Shown piece after piece: positions 41,667-52,309 of a DNA stretch of 64,000 nucleotides. A program made the position numbers and the translations under genes. Under the pieces are notes generated by a model. It was not told the origin of the DNA and made no database searches. It saw nothing but the letters and a program-made list of their open reading frames with translations. This DNA is from Calditrichaceae bacterium (GTDB lineage: Bacteria > Calditrichota > Calditrichia > Calditrichales > JBFXGD01). The stretch's first letter is position 1; each line of letters starts with the position of its first letter. Where the stretch lies: positions 1-64,000 of the forward strand of contig JBFXLE010000019.1 of the NCBI GenBank assembly GCA_050173015.1. Direction: 5' to 3'.

Positions 41667-43744
41667 AACGGATACATCTGCCGACGCAACTACTGATTGG
41701 AATTATCGTATTCAACAGCCTGATTACGTTTGCATATGATGTCATACAGTATTTCAGCTCTCTAAACATCCAGTCGTGGAATTACTTACATGAAAGCTTT
41801 TCTGTTTTAACTATTTATTTTTATTACCTTTACCTAAAAAGAAAATCCTTTTTTTCAGTTTCTGATGTTCAGACCAATCTAAAAAATCTGATAAAATTTT
41901 TAGCGATACTATATATTTTGGTGCTTGTACTGAAACAGGCTCTTTCACCGGGCTTCTCCCCGGCTACATTTCCACAGCAGCCTGAAACTTTTCTCAGTCT
42001 GGTTTATTCAAATCTCGTGTCTCTCGCGGCAATACTACTGCTATTGCCTATCCTGATCAGTATCAAAAACCTGATCTATTATAAATTCAGAAAAAGAACA
42101 GATCTCTATCTTGCCATCGCGCTTGCGGGAACATTAGCGACAATGATATTGACCGTTGTCTTTGAAACACCCCTCGACCTTAGCTTTAGCGGCAACGGCA
42201 TATATAACAACGCCGCATTTTTAGGGACATTGATATTTCTCGCCGGGCTATCTACCAGAAACAGCTGGATCACTTATTTGTCACGCAAAGAGAAATATTA
42301 CTATTTTCTTATCTCATTTGTCCTAATCTGGGTAGTATTATATCTATTCGATCTCGCTTTCAAGGTTTCTGTCCCTGCCCATAGTCTCGCGTTAGCCGTT
42401 TTTACAAATATCAGCTGGTATTTCCTTGTGTTTTATGCCATTTTCGCGAATTTGAATTTTCTGCTCCATCTGCCCACAGCCAGGGTATTTGACCGCAAAA
42501 TGAAAGAAGTCTCATCCCTGCATCATTTAAGCAGAGTTATGTCTGTTGAATATGATTATGAAAAATTAGTCCAATTGGTCACCGAAATGACCGCGGAGGT
42601 TACGGAATCGTCTTATACATGGCTGGAACTGTTTGATGAGCGGGCGGATAATTTATATGTCGCGGCTTCAAAAAACATCAACGGTGATGAACTCCTGGAA
42701 TTTAATTCAAAGACAAATCAAAGCGTTAGTAATCAAATTCTGCTTCAAAAAAAACCGCTCATTATGAATGATCTGACAAAGAGCAAGGAATATCAGACTA
42801 TCAAAATCCTGAAAAACGGAATCGGGTCGTTCGCCGGAGCTCCGCTTCTCGGCGCCAATGGACAGGTAATGGGCATATTGTACGCGGTAAAAACCCATGT
42901 GTTCGGCTTTGATCCTGATGATGTGAACATGCTGGAGGCTTATGCCAATCAAGCTGCCATCGCTCTTGAAAATGTAAAACTTCTCCGAAATTCATTCGAA
43001 CGTGAACGCATGGAACAGGAATTAAAAATTGCCCGTGATGTTCAGCTCAAGCTGCTGCCACAGGAAATCCCGCAAATCGGGAGTTTTAAAATTGATACGC
43101 TAACCATCACTGCCTATGAAGTAGGCGGCGATTATTACGATTTTTATACATATCCTGATTCAAAACTCGGCCTGATCATCGGGGATGTGAGCGGTAAAGG
43201 AACATCCGCCGCGTTTTATATGGCAGAAACAAAAGGAATTATCCAATCACTCATCAGAAACCAGACATCTCCGAAAGAAATTCTGATAAATACAAATAAA
43301 ATATTATATGAATCTCTTGAGAAAAAGACATTCATAAGCCTCCTGGCCGCCCATCTTGACGCGAAAACAAACGTTTTGAGATTCGCGCGGGCGGGACATT
43401 GCCCTATTTTATATTATAATTCAGTTGATGACCGGACCTCATTACTTCAGCCTTCCGGCGTCGCTGTTGGTCTCGATAATGGTGACATATTTGATAAGAT
43501 GCTTGAAGAAGTGGAAGTAAAGCTTTCTCCGAATGATATACTTGTGTTTTTTACAGACGGTCTCTCCGAGGCAAGAACCGGAAACGGTGATGAATTTGGC
43601 GAGGAGCGTCTTTGTGAGGTTGTGAAGCAGAATTTTCATCTGAGCGTCGAAGAAATTAAAGATAAAATAATCGATGAGATTCTCGGATTCATGGATGGGC
43701 AGAACCTTCATGATGATTTAACATTAATTTTGATAAAAATTTAA
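41663..43744 (+). CDS. Multi-TM GAF-PP2C (SpoIIE/RsbU family) phosphatase
   Basis: About 8 TM helices, GAF, ELKIARDVQ, VGGDYYD, GDVSGKG, FTDG, DDLT; start overlaps the lipoprotein stop (ATGA). Confidence 0.92.
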   Translation: MKRIHLPTQLLIGIIVFNSLITFAYDVIQYFSSLNIQSWNYLHESFSVLTIYFYYLYLKRKSFFSVSDVQTNLKNLIKFLAILYILVLVLKQALSPGFSPATFPQQPETFLSLVYSNLVSLAAILLLLPILISIKNLIYYKFRKRTDLYLAIALAGTLATMILTVVFETPLDLSFSGNGIYNNAAFLGTLIFLAGLSTRNSWITYLSRKEKYYYFLISFVLIWVVLYLFDLAFKVSVPAHSLALAVFTNISWYFLVFYAIFANLNFLLHLPTARVFDRKMKEVSSLHHLSRVMSVEYDYEKLVQLVTEMTAEVTESSYTWLELFDERADNLYVAASKNINGDELLEFNSKTNQSVSNQILLQKKPLIMNDLTKSKEYQTIKILKNGIGSFAGAPLLGANGQVMGILYAVKTHVFGFDPDDVNMLEAYANQAAIALENVKLLRNSFERERMEQELKIARDVQLKLLPQEIPQIGSFKIDTLTITAYEVGGDYYDFYTYPDSKLGLIIGDVSGKGTSAAFYMAETKGIIQSLIRNQTSPKEILINTNKILYESLEKKTFISLLAAHLDAKTNVLRFARAGHCPILYYNSVDDRTSLLQPSGVAVGLDNGDIFDKMLEEVEVKLSPNDILVFFTDGLSEARTGNGDEFGEERLCEVVKQNFHLSVEEIKDKIIDEILGFMDGQNLHDDLTLILIKI

Positions 43745-43771
43745 GATTGCTTATAATAGGGATATAAATTT

Positions 43772-43806
43772 AGATAGCCGGATCTCCCGCCCCGCGGTGG
43801 CTATTT
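43772..43806 (+). other. Intergenic stem-loop ahead of rsbV
   Basis: AGATAGCC...GGCTATTT inverted repeat. Confidence 0.35.
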
Positions 43807-43842
43807 GAATAAAATATCCAATGACTGTCCCGGAGGTAATTA

Positions 43843-44196
43843 ATGAGTGGTTTTGAAATTTCACGAAATGATCAGGATACAATTTCAGTCTTACATTTGG
43901 CTGGATTTCTTGATGCCCATACAGCTCCAAAATTTGAGGATGCGCTCGACCGGTTATTAAAGGAGGAACGGGTAAATATCATTGTGAACCTTCATAAACT
44001 TGATTATATAAGTAGCGCGGGCCTTGGAGTCTTCATGGGCTTTATTGAAGAAGTACGTGAAAAAGGGGGTGATATTAAACTATCAAATTTATCACCAAAA
44101 GTTTATAAAGTTTTTGACTTACTTGGATTTCCATCACTTTATGAGATTTTCGATGAAGAAACGCAGGCTAAATCAAAATTTTTTAAGGCTAAATAG
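43843..44196 (+). CDS. STAS anti-sigma factor antagonist (RsbV/SpoIIAA family)
   Basis: GFLDAHTAP, LDYISSAGLG with phospho-acceptor Ser; GGAGG SD. Confidence 0.92.
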   Translation: MSGFEISRNDQDTISVLHLAGFLDAHTAPKFEDALDRLLKEERVNIIVNLHKLDYISSAGLGVFMGFIEEVREKGGDIKLSNLSPKVYKVFDLLGFPSLYEIFDEETQAKSKFFKAK

Positions 44197-44239
44197 CAAC
44201 TTTTGTAAAATTAATTCGAATTCCTAATTAGAGTCCGAT

Positions 44240-44683
44240 ATGAAAAAAAGTCGAAAGCAAAAATTCAAACTCCGGTTCCCGAGTAAGACAGATAATCTGG
44301 AGATCATTCGCGAGTTCGTAAACCGCCTGGCGTTGAAGACAGGATTCAATCCATCCACAGCGGACCAGATTGCTCTTGCCGTGGATGAGGCCTGCACAAA
44401 TGTTATCAAGCACGCGCATAAATTTGATTCCAGACGTATGATAGACATCATTGTGTATTTGGATAACGAAAAGATTGAAATTATCATCTCCGATACGGGC
44501 AAAGGATTTGATCCTTCGAAACTCCCGGAACCGGATTTACGACAATACATTCATGAAGCTAAAATGGGAGGTTTGGGTATTTATCTGATGAAGACAATCA
44601 TGGACGAGGTTAATTACACTTTTAATCCGGGTACAAAAAATCAGGTCGCCATGATAAAATACTTAAACAAAAAATCCGCATAG
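44240..44683 (+). CDS. RsbW/SpoIIAB-family anti-sigma Ser kinase
   Basis: LAVDEACTNVIKHA, DTGKGFDP, GGLGIYLM. Confidence 0.92.
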   Translation: MKKSRKQKFKLRFPSKTDNLEIIREFVNRLALKTGFNPSTADQIALAVDEACTNVIKHAHKFDSRRMIDIIVYLDNEKIEIIISDTGKGFDPSKLPEPDLRQYIHEAKMGGLGIYLMKTIMDEVNYTFNPGTKNQVAMIKYLNKKSA

Positions 44684-44685
44684 CT

Positions 44686-46458
44686 ATGAATGACCATCTT
44701 AACAGTTTTCGTCACCGCCATCAAAACGAATTAAACTCAGATGAACTGGATAAAAGGCTGCTCGAACTCTCCGCCCTATTTGAAATAAGCCAGACTCTCA
44801 ACTCATCCCTGAATCTGAAATCTATTCTCAATACCATTCTGCTTGTACCGATGGGAAGAATGGCTATCGGGAGAGGGATTGTTTTATTCCAGCAAAAATC
44901 TGAACTGTACCGGGTCGAAACCCTTAAAGGTTTGCCATTTTCGCTGATTGACAAGGAAATATCGATCGCATCCTTACCAAAACACCCTTTTCTGATCAGC
45001 CGATATGAGGGCGATGATGAATGGGTCGATTTCTTTAAAAAATTCAAAATTGAGTTGATCCTGCCTTTGAGTTCGATGCGTGAATTTAAGGGAATTGTCG
45101 GTTATGGCGCCCGGCTTGTTAAATCGGATTATACCGATGAGGAAATTGACTTTTTGTCGTCGCTCTCAAACATCGCCGCGCCGTCTATCGAAAATGCCCG
45201 TATCTTTGATAAACTGAATCAGGTAAACAGACAGCTTGATCAAAAAATACAGGAACTGAACACGTTATTTGAAATCGGTAATGAGTTAAACAGGCTTTTT
45301 GACACAGACAAGATTCTCAGACAACTGTCCTATTCACTCATGGGACAAATGCTGGTTAACCAGTTTTTCGTTGCCCAGCATGTGGGCGGCAAGCTGGAAA
45401 TTGTATATAGAAAGGGCTCATTATTTAATGATGCCGCGATCAGAAAATGCATCGATCAGTGCCGAAACCTGCCTGACTTCAATACCCCGATGATTCTCAC
45501 TGAAGATCAAAATCAATATTCTAAATTATATGATCTGGGCATCCGAGTTATTACCCCTATGGTAAATCAGGACCAGGTTCGCGGATTCATATTTCTGGGT
45601 GAGAAACTGGATAAAAGCCTGTTTAACAAAGCCAATATCGATTTTATGTCCACGCTGGCAAATATCGCGATCATATCCCTGGAAAATGCGCGTCTTTTCG
45701 AGGAAACGCTTGAAAAAAAGCGGATGGAAGAAGAACTCAATCTGGCAAAAAAAATTCAGATTCAGCTTTTACCAAAAGCCATGCCAGAGATTATGGGATA
45801 CGATATCCATGGTCTCAATATCCCGAGTAAGCAGGTAGGCGGCGATTATTTCGATATCATCAAAATAAGTCATGATGTATTTATACTAACCATTGCGGAT
45901 GTTTCCGGAAAAGGCATGCCCGCGTCTCTCTTAATGTCTAATCTGCAGGCGGGTTTACAGACCCTTGCCGGCGAACAATATGAACTGGATGAAATCACAT
46001 CCAAACTAAATAATCTGATCTATAAAAATACATCAGTCGATAAATACATAACTTTTTTTATCGCGAAACTTAACGCTAAAACCCATCAACTGGAATATGT
46101 CAATGCAGGTCACAATCCCCCGTATTTATTCAGGCCTGACGGCAGTTATCAGGCTTTGGATAAAGGTGGAATCATTCTGGGTATGATGCCGGATGTACAT
46201 TATGAAACCGGCAGAGAAAATCTTAAAGAAGCACTATGCCTGACAATGTTCACTGACGGTGTCACAGAAGCTATGAATGATGATGAGGAACCATTTGATG
46301 AACCGGCCCTAATTCATTTTTTCCGGGAAAATATGGCGGCATTCAACAGTCAAGACTTAAATCTGAAACTTTATGATGTTTTGACAGAGTTTTCCGGTGA
46401 TCCAACCAAATACGATGATGTCACCATTTTAACCCTTAAAATAGAGACATCAACCTGA
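44686..46458 (+). CDS. Tandem-GAF PP2C (SpoIIE/RsbU family) phosphatase
   Basis: Two GAF-like repeats ending in ENAR, VGGDYFD, ADVSGKG, FTDG, DDVT. Confidence 0.92.
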   Translation: MNDHLNSFRHRHQNELNSDELDKRLLELSALFEISQTLNSSLNLKSILNTILLVPMGRMAIGRGIVLFQQKSELYRVETLKGLPFSLIDKEISIASLPKHPFLISRYEGDDEWVDFFKKFKIELILPLSSMREFKGIVGYGARLVKSDYTDEEIDFLSSLSNIAAPSIENARIFDKLNQVNRQLDQKIQELNTLFEIGNELNRLFDTDKILRQLSYSLMGQMLVNQFFVAQHVGGKLEIVYRKGSLFNDAAIRKCIDQCRNLPDFNTPMILTEDQNQYSKLYDLGIRVITPMVNQDQVRGFIFLGEKLDKSLFNKANIDFMSTLANIAIISLENARLFEETLEKKRMEEELNLAKKIQIQLLPKAMPEIMGYDIHGLNIPSKQVGGDYFDIIKISHDVFILTIADVSGKGMPASLLMSNLQAGLQTLAGEQYELDEITSKLNNLIYKNTSVDKYITFFIAKLNAKTHQLEYVNAGHNPPYLFRPDGSYQALDKGGIILGMMPDVHYETGRENLKEALCLTMFTDGVTEAMNDDEEPFDEPALIHFFRENMAAFNSQDLNLKLYDVLTEFSGDPTKYDDVTILTLKIETST

Positions 46459-46533
46459 TTTTTTCATTGCTTTAATTTCCCGATTATTGAATATAATCCA
46501 AGTATTCTCTATATTTACGCCCATAACAAAGGA

Positions 46534-48456
46534 GTGGTTTTGTCGAAATATGATATTATTGAATCTGCAATACTTTATCTGATATATCTCCTTTTAACAT
46601 TACTCCTTTACCTCGGACAAACGGTCATTGATAAGGCATCCTTTCTGCCGCCTGTAGCCATAGTGCTGGCCTTGATTATCCTGTTTCATGAGAGGTTAAA
46701 GCTACTGGTCAGACGTTTTGTCAATAAGCACTATTATTTTCTGCTTAATCATATTCAACAGACCCTCGAAACTTTGAATACAAAACTGAACAGTTCCTTC
46801 CGTTACCATGAGGTGACGCATGAGCTTGAAGACGCGTTTAAAAAAATATTCAGTGATGTTTCCTACGCTTTTTATATCTTTGAGAACAATAAATTCTACC
46901 CTGCTTTTTCGGGCAATCTTGATGACAGTGAATTAATGACTCTCGGCCTTGATGCTTCATATATCAGACCAATCCAAGCGGAAACCCTACTGATTGAAGA
47001 TTATTTTTCCACTTTGCGGATACCTGATTCTTTTGCCCGCAAATTTAAAAAGGCGGATCTATATGCTCTTCTACCCTTCCATGGCCATAACCAAACGTTT
47101 GCATTTTTGTTGGTTAATCTAAAAAAAGTCCGCTTCTACCGGGACAAACCGACCCGATTATTATTCCAAAAAATTCAACGTAAGGGCGGATTAATACTTG
47201 AGAATACCGGACTTTTTGTCGATTTGGAGAAAAAGAACTTTGAGACACGCAAACTGATTGAAGTCAGTCAGCGTATCCTCTCATCGCTCAACACCAAAGA
47301 TATTCTCGATTTTATACTAAATTCTCTCCAGTCTTTGATAAATTTTGATGCCGCGGCCATTTTCCTTGTAGATAAATCAGGGAAAAACCTATTAAATACC
47401 AGCAGCCGGGGCTATGATTCGGGAGTGACGGACCGTCTCCATCTTAAAGTCGGCCAGGGGGCCTGCGGCTGGGTTGTTGAATCAAAAAAAATTGATATAA
47501 TTGATGATGTTCGCACTTCAGAACACTATCTTGAAATACGCAAAAATACGAAATCCCAGATTTCTATCCCGATGATATTTGAGGAAACTGTTCTCGGAGT
47601 AATATGTATGGAGAGCGACAAATTAAATTACTTTAATGAAAATCAGGTAGATATACTGAATATTTTTGCCAATCAGGCGGCTATAGCCATACACAATGCC
47701 CGACAGCTTGATATAAGGCTCGCAAAACAAGCCTATGAACATGAGCTGATCAATGCAAGTATGGTTCAGCAGGATTTACTTATAAAACAGCTTCCGAAAC
47801 TTAAAGATCTTCGCCTGACCGCAGAGAACATTCCCAGCAAACTTGTAAGCGGCGATCTTTATGATGTTATAAAATTCAATGAAACCACTCTCGGTTTCAT
47901 TATCGGTGATGTTTCCGGAAAAGGCGCGCCCGCGGCGCTGATGATGACTTTGATTCTCGCGGGGTTTCGTACGCAAAACAAGACTTTTATGACCGCGTGC
48001 GATGTCGTCAACAGATTAAATAATCTGCTTTGTCAGACCACCATTGAGGGAAAATACGCTACCCTGTTCTATGGTATTATCGACATGGAAAATCATAAGG
48101 TGATATATACCAACGCCGGACACAATCCTCCGATTTTGATTACAGCAAACGGGCGGATTAAACACCTTACCAAAGGGGGTATCGTCCTCGGTTTTATCGG
48201 AAATCAGGAATATGGCCAGGAAGAAATTGAATTTAACCAAGGTGATATTCTTGTCGCTTATACCGATGGCGTCAGCGAATCCATGAATCATCTTGAAGAA
48301 GAGTTTGGCGAAGACCGCTTAATTGAAATCGTTAAAGCCAACCGGCAGATGTCTGTTCACCAGATAAAACTGGAAATTATTAAGGCGCTAAAAGATTTTG
48401 CTGAATTTGATAATCCGGCTGACGACATTACTTTATTAATTTGCAAACATCTCTAA
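46534..48456 (+). CDS. Membrane-anchored GAF-PP2C (SpoIIE/RsbU family) phosphatase
   Basis: Two N-terminal TMs, GAF, VSGDLYD, GDVSGKG, YTDG, DDIT. Confidence 0.9.
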   Translation: MVLSKYDIIESAILYLIYLLLTLLLYLGQTVIDKASFLPPVAIVLALIILFHERLKLLVRRFVNKHYYFLLNHIQQTLETLNTKLNSSFRYHEVTHELEDAFKKIFSDVSYAFYIFENNKFYPAFSGNLDDSELMTLGLDASYIRPIQAETLLIEDYFSTLRIPDSFARKFKKADLYALLPFHGHNQTFAFLLVNLKKVRFYRDKPTRLLFQKIQRKGGLILENTGLFVDLEKKNFETRKLIEVSQRILSSLNTKDILDFILNSLQSLINFDAAAIFLVDKSGKNLLNTSSRGYDSGVTDRLHLKVGQGACGWVVESKKIDIIDDVRTSEHYLEIRKNTKSQISIPMIFEETVLGVICMESDKLNYFNENQVDILNIFANQAAIAIHNARQLDIRLAKQAYEHELINASMVQQDLLIKQLPKLKDLRLTAENIPSKLVSGDLYDVIKFNETTLGFIIGDVSGKGAPAALMMTLILAGFRTQNKTFMTACDVVNRLNNLLCQTTIEGKYATLFYGIIDMENHKVIYTNAGHNPPILITANGRIKHLTKGGIVLGFIGNQEYGQEEIEFNQGDILVAYTDGVSESMNHLEEEFGEDRLIEIVKANRQMSVHQIKLEIIKALKDFAEFDNPADDITLLICKHL

Positions 48457-48491
48457 ACAACAGGGAATATTAGATAAATAAATAGGTCCCG

Positions 48492-48514
48492 CAAGCGATC
48501 CCGCTTGATTTTTT
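48492..48514 (+). terminator. Possible intrinsic terminator after the third phosphatase
   Basis: CAAGCG-atcc-CGCTTG-ATTTTTT; overlaps a TTGATT-17-TACTTT promoter-like sequence (48505-48533). Confidence 0.5.
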
Positions 48515-48619
48515 AACCAGGATAGTTTACTTTCTTGAATTGAATATCAGAATTCCGGTAAAATTGTTCGTTTTCTCGTTCGGCTGTCAAATCCAAACCA
48601 TTAATATAATCAGAGATCC

Positions 48620-50263
48620 ATGAGTATAGACAATAAAAAAATACTCTATATTGAGGACGATCCCGAAACAAGGTCTCTGATGGCTGATATTATCAGGTAT
48701 AAGGGATATCAGTTCTATGAAGCTGCCCGTGGCCTTGACGGTATTCAGATGGCCATTGAACACAAACCGGATCTAATTCTGGTGGATTTACGGCTGCCCG
48801 ATATGCAGGGATACGAGGTCACTACCCATTTAAAAAGTCTGTCCGATATCAAGAACACGCCTATCATCGCCCTGACGGGTGAAATGCACCGTGATGCCAG
48901 AGATTTAACTCTCGCCGCCGGATGTGACGGCTATATTTCAAAACCCATAAATGTCACTGAATTTTTATTTAAGATCGAAGAATATCTCTCCGGGAAAAAA
49001 GATTTTATATCTCCTGAAAAAGAGAAGAAATTTTTACAAAAGTATAATGTCCAGCTTGTTGAAAAATTGCGCCGAAAACTTCTCGAACTCGAATCTCTCA
49101 ATGAAAACCTTACAAAGTTGAACAAAGAACTATATGAGTCTCATCAGGATCTTGCCAAGTACAATGACAGACTGTTCTATCTCAACAACGTTGCCAATTT
49201 TTTAAGAACACAAAGAGATCCGGCAACGCTTCTGAAAATACTGCCTGAAAAAATAATCGAAGGATTTAAGGTTGAAAGATGCATTTCTTTTGAACTAGAC
49301 ACCATAAAAAGAAAGCTAATTCCATTTTCATTTGACGGTGTCACCAGTTCATCCATTCATAAGAAAAGTTTTAAATATAAACCCGAATTTTTGACTTACC
49401 TTAAAAAAGACGGTGGAATTATCTGGATAAAAAATCTTTCCGAAATCCTGGAGCCTTCACTTTTGAGCCTGGCAAAAAATTTGCGGACAGAGTCGTTTAT
49501 TTTGGGGAATCTATCTAATTTAGCCGTAAAAAAAGATTCCACCGAAATTTTCGCGAATATTGCTTCAAATGTGACATCTGATGAAAAACTCGAGTTGCAG
49601 ATGCCAAAACGTTATCTGATTTTTATAGATAAAGGGAAAACCCAACAGGATTTCGAGACATACGAAGTTCGCATACTGAAATCCTTTATTCAGACCATCG
49701 GAATTATCTATGAAAATATGATTCTATATCATAAACTGATGAAACTGTATAAGATCAAGGAACAGCAGGCGATCACTGACGGTCTCACTAAAATTTACAA
49801 TTACCGCTATTTTATACAGCAGTTGGAACGGGAAATGAACCGCGGTAAGCGTTTTAAGACCCCATTTTCCCTTTTGATCATCGATATCGATCACTTTAAG
49901 GATTACAATGACCGTCACGGGCACCCCGAAGGTGATAAAATTCTTTGTCAGGTCAGCCTAATTCTGTCAGAGAACACCAGGAGTCTTGATACAGTAGCAA
50001 GATACGGGGGGGAAGAATTTGTTATCATACTTCCGGGTCTGGACAAACAGAACGCGATCTGGATTGCCCAAAAACTTCACAACTTAATAGAAGATTTCGA
50101 ATTCAATCTGCAGCAGTTCCAGCCTCTCGGAAAACTTACAGTAAGTATCGGCCTGGCTAATTTCCCTGATGACGGAACCGATATGGAAGATCTTATAGAA
50201 CGAGCGGATCAGGCTCTCTATAAAGCAAAAAAGTCAGGCCGAAACAGAGTCTGTATCGCCTGA
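48620..50263 (+). CDS. Response-regulator diguanylate cyclase (REC-coiled coil-GAF-like-GGDEF)
   Basis: Receiver (IEDD, DLRLP, SKP), TDGLT, DIDHFK, RSLD I-site, GGEEF. Confidence 0.92.
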   Translation: MSIDNKKILYIEDDPETRSLMADIIRYKGYQFYEAARGLDGIQMAIEHKPDLILVDLRLPDMQGYEVTTHLKSLSDIKNTPIIALTGEMHRDARDLTLAAGCDGYISKPINVTEFLFKIEEYLSGKKDFISPEKEKKFLQKYNVQLVEKLRRKLLELESLNENLTKLNKELYESHQDLAKYNDRLFYLNNVANFLRTQRDPATLLKILPEKIIEGFKVERCISFELDTIKRKLIPFSFDGVTSSSIHKKSFKYKPEFLTYLKKDGGIIWIKNLSEILEPSLLSLAKNLRTESFILGNLSNLAVKKDSTEIFANIASNVTSDEKLELQMPKRYLIFIDKGKTQQDFETYEVRILKSFIQTIGIIYENMILYHKLMKLYKIKEQQAITDGLTKIYNYRYFIQQLEREMNRGKRFKTPFSLLIIDIDHFKDYNDRHGHPEGDKILCQVSLILSENTRSLDTVARYGGEEFVIILPGLDKQNAIWIAQKLHNLIEDFEFNLQQFQPLGKLTVSIGLANFPDDGTDMEDLIERADQALYKAKKSGRNRVCIA

Positions 50264-50275
50264 CTTTATCAAAAC

Positions 50276-50908
50276 CTATTCAGTACCGTAAATCCGGTCT
50301 CCCGCATCACCAAGTCCCGGCAGAATATATCCATGATCATTAAGTTCCCTGTCTAAAGCAGCGGCGTATATGGGCACATCGGGATGATGCTCTTCTAAAT
50401 AACGAACTCCTTCAGGCGCGGCGACAAGACAGACAAACAAAATTGAATGACCTCCACGTTCTTTAACATAATCAATCGCCGCGGATGCGCTCCCGCCGGT
50501 CGCGAGCATTGGATCGATCACAATTATTTCGGATTCAGCAATGTCGCTGGGAAATTTCAAATAATACTCCACCGGTTTAAGAGTCTCTTTATCACGATAT
50601 AATCCGATATGACCAACCCGCGCATGCGGAATCAAGCTCAAAATCCCATCGCACATTGCGAGTCCGGCTCTTAATATCGGAACCAGTGTGACCGGTCGTT
50701 CAAGCACGTTACCTTTGGTGGTCTCCATAGGTGTAACCACTTCCCGTTCAGTCACCGGTAAATTTCTTGTCACTTCATAGACCATTAAACCCGATATCTC
50801 GTTCAGCATGGAACGAAAATTTAGATTATTTGTGTTTTTATCCCGTATATAATATAGTTTTTGTTGAATGAGAGGATGATCAAGTATTGTTAAATTTGAA
50901 AATTCCAT
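50276..50908 (-). CDS. upp: Uracil phosphoribosyltransferase
   Basis: [28 protein letters not shown]. Confidence 0.96.
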   Translation of the reverse strand: MEFSNLTILDHPLIQQKLYYIRDKNTNNLNFRSMLNEISGLMVYEVTRNLPVTEREVVTPMETTKGNVLERPVTLVPILRAGLAMCDGILSLIPHARVGHIGLYRDKETLKPVEYYLKFPSDIAESEIIVIDPMLATGGSASAAIDYVKERGGHSILFVCLVAAPEGVRYLEEHHPDVPIYAAALDRELNDHGYILPGLGDAGDRIYGTE

Positions 50909-50910
50909 TA

Positions 50911-51648
50911 TTATTCCTTGTTAAATTCAGGCTCATACATTTCCATAATTTGATTTCTGGCCTGCTCAACCAGCTGATTCCGACTATCATAACTTAAATT
51001 CTTTGTCGGAATTTCTTTTAAAAATCGTGTCTTAATTTTTCCCGGTTTAAGAATAAACCAGTGTTTTTTTAATACATATTTACTTCCTGAGATCACTATG
51101 GGCATGATGGGAATTTCACCGTTGAGGGCGAGAATAAATCCGCCTTTCTTAAAGGCATGAATTTTTCCGTCTTTGCTCCTGGTCCCTTCCGGAAAGACAA
51201 TTACCGAAACCCCGTGATTTACTATATTTACAGCCTCATCAATACTTTTTTTTGCTGAGGCGCTGTTACCACGGTCAATTTTAATCACCCCGGCAGCCTT
51301 CATTCCCTGAGCAAAAAGAGGTACTCTGAAAAGCTCCTTTTTTGCGATAAAGCGCACCGTCTCCGGAATGGCAACGACGGTAGCGAGTACATCAAAATTG
51401 CTTTGATGATTGGCGACAAAGATATAAGGCTGTCCCGATTTCACATTTTCCAGTCCTTCTATAATTAATTTTGTACCCGAGATCCAGAGAATGGAGCGTG
51501 CCCATAATTTAATTATACGATTATTAAATTCGCAGTAAGGATCTTTCAATGTTCCGCCGATAATAGCCAGAGTCGCCGCGATGCCGGTGGCAATAAAGAG
51601 TACAATGTAAGTCAGAATAGTCCGGATAAATGATTCAATAATTTTCAT
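50911..51648 (-). CDS. plsC: 1-acyl-sn-glycerol-3-phosphate acyltransferase
   Basis: [21 protein letters not shown]. Confidence 0.88.
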   Translation of the reverse strand: MKIIESFIRTILTYIVLFIATGIAATLAIIGGTLKDPYCEFNNRIIKLWARSILWISGTKLIIEGLENVKSGQPYIFVANHQSNFDVLATVVAIPETVRFIAKKELFRVPLFAQGMKAAGVIKIDRGNSASAKKSIDEAVNIVNHGVSVIVFPEGTRSKDGKIHAFKKGGFILALNGEIPIMPIVISGSKYVLKKHWFILKPGKIKTRFLKEIPTKNLSYDSRNQLVEQARNQIMEMYEPEFNKE

Positions 51649-51679
51649 CAGATTAAAATCACCTCTGTTTTTTCCGATT

Positions 51680-52309
51680 TCAGGGAACTGTTTCCCTTAG
51701 CTTCCTGACTTTTTCATCCGGAAGTATTGTATAACCGCCCAGCATCTTTGCCTGAAACGCGATTTGGGCGTAGTGTTCAACCCTTTCCAGGTTAAAGTAT
51801 GCGGTCTCAACGTCAGATCCAATCGCCAATACTCCGTGATTCTCAAGTAGTATCGCATCCGATTCACGGATTAAGTCAGAAATAGAATTCCCGACTTCAG
51901 CGGTTCCCGGTGTGCCGTAATCCGCCAGCGGTATTTTTCCCAATGTCAGGATGATTTCAGGTAAAACTGAATCTTTAAGCGATAATCCCGCGGATGCGAA
52001 GGATGTGGCAAAAAGAGGATGACCGTGAACGACAGCCTTTATGTCCGGCCGTAAATTATATACGGTCAGATGCATTTCTTTTTCCGATGATGGTTCCGCG
52101 CGTCCCCTAATAACTTTTCCGGATAAATTGATCAAAGATAATTCATCCGCCGACAGAAGGCCTTTGCAGGCCCCTCGGGGTGTGATTACAATATTGTCAC
52201 CAAGCCGGATACTGATATTCCCATCGCCGGCGACAATATATCTGAATTGATACATTAAACGGCCGATTTCCACAATTTTTAATCTGGCCTGTCTCTCCGT
52301 CATAATCAA
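51680..52309 (-). CDS. Class II aldolase/adducin family protein
   Basis: GNISIR, PSSEKEMH, HGH, LENHG. Confidence 0.9.
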   Translation of the reverse strand: MIMTERQARLKIVEIGRLMYQFRYIVAGDGNISIRLGDNIVITPRGACKGLLSADELSLINLSGKVIRGRAEPSSEKEMHLTVYNLRPDIKAVVHGHPLFATSFASAGLSLKDSVLPEIILTLGKIPLADYGTPGTAEVGNSISDLIRESDAILLENHGVLAIGSDVETAYFNLERVEHYAQIAFQAKMLGGYTILPDEKVRKLRETVP

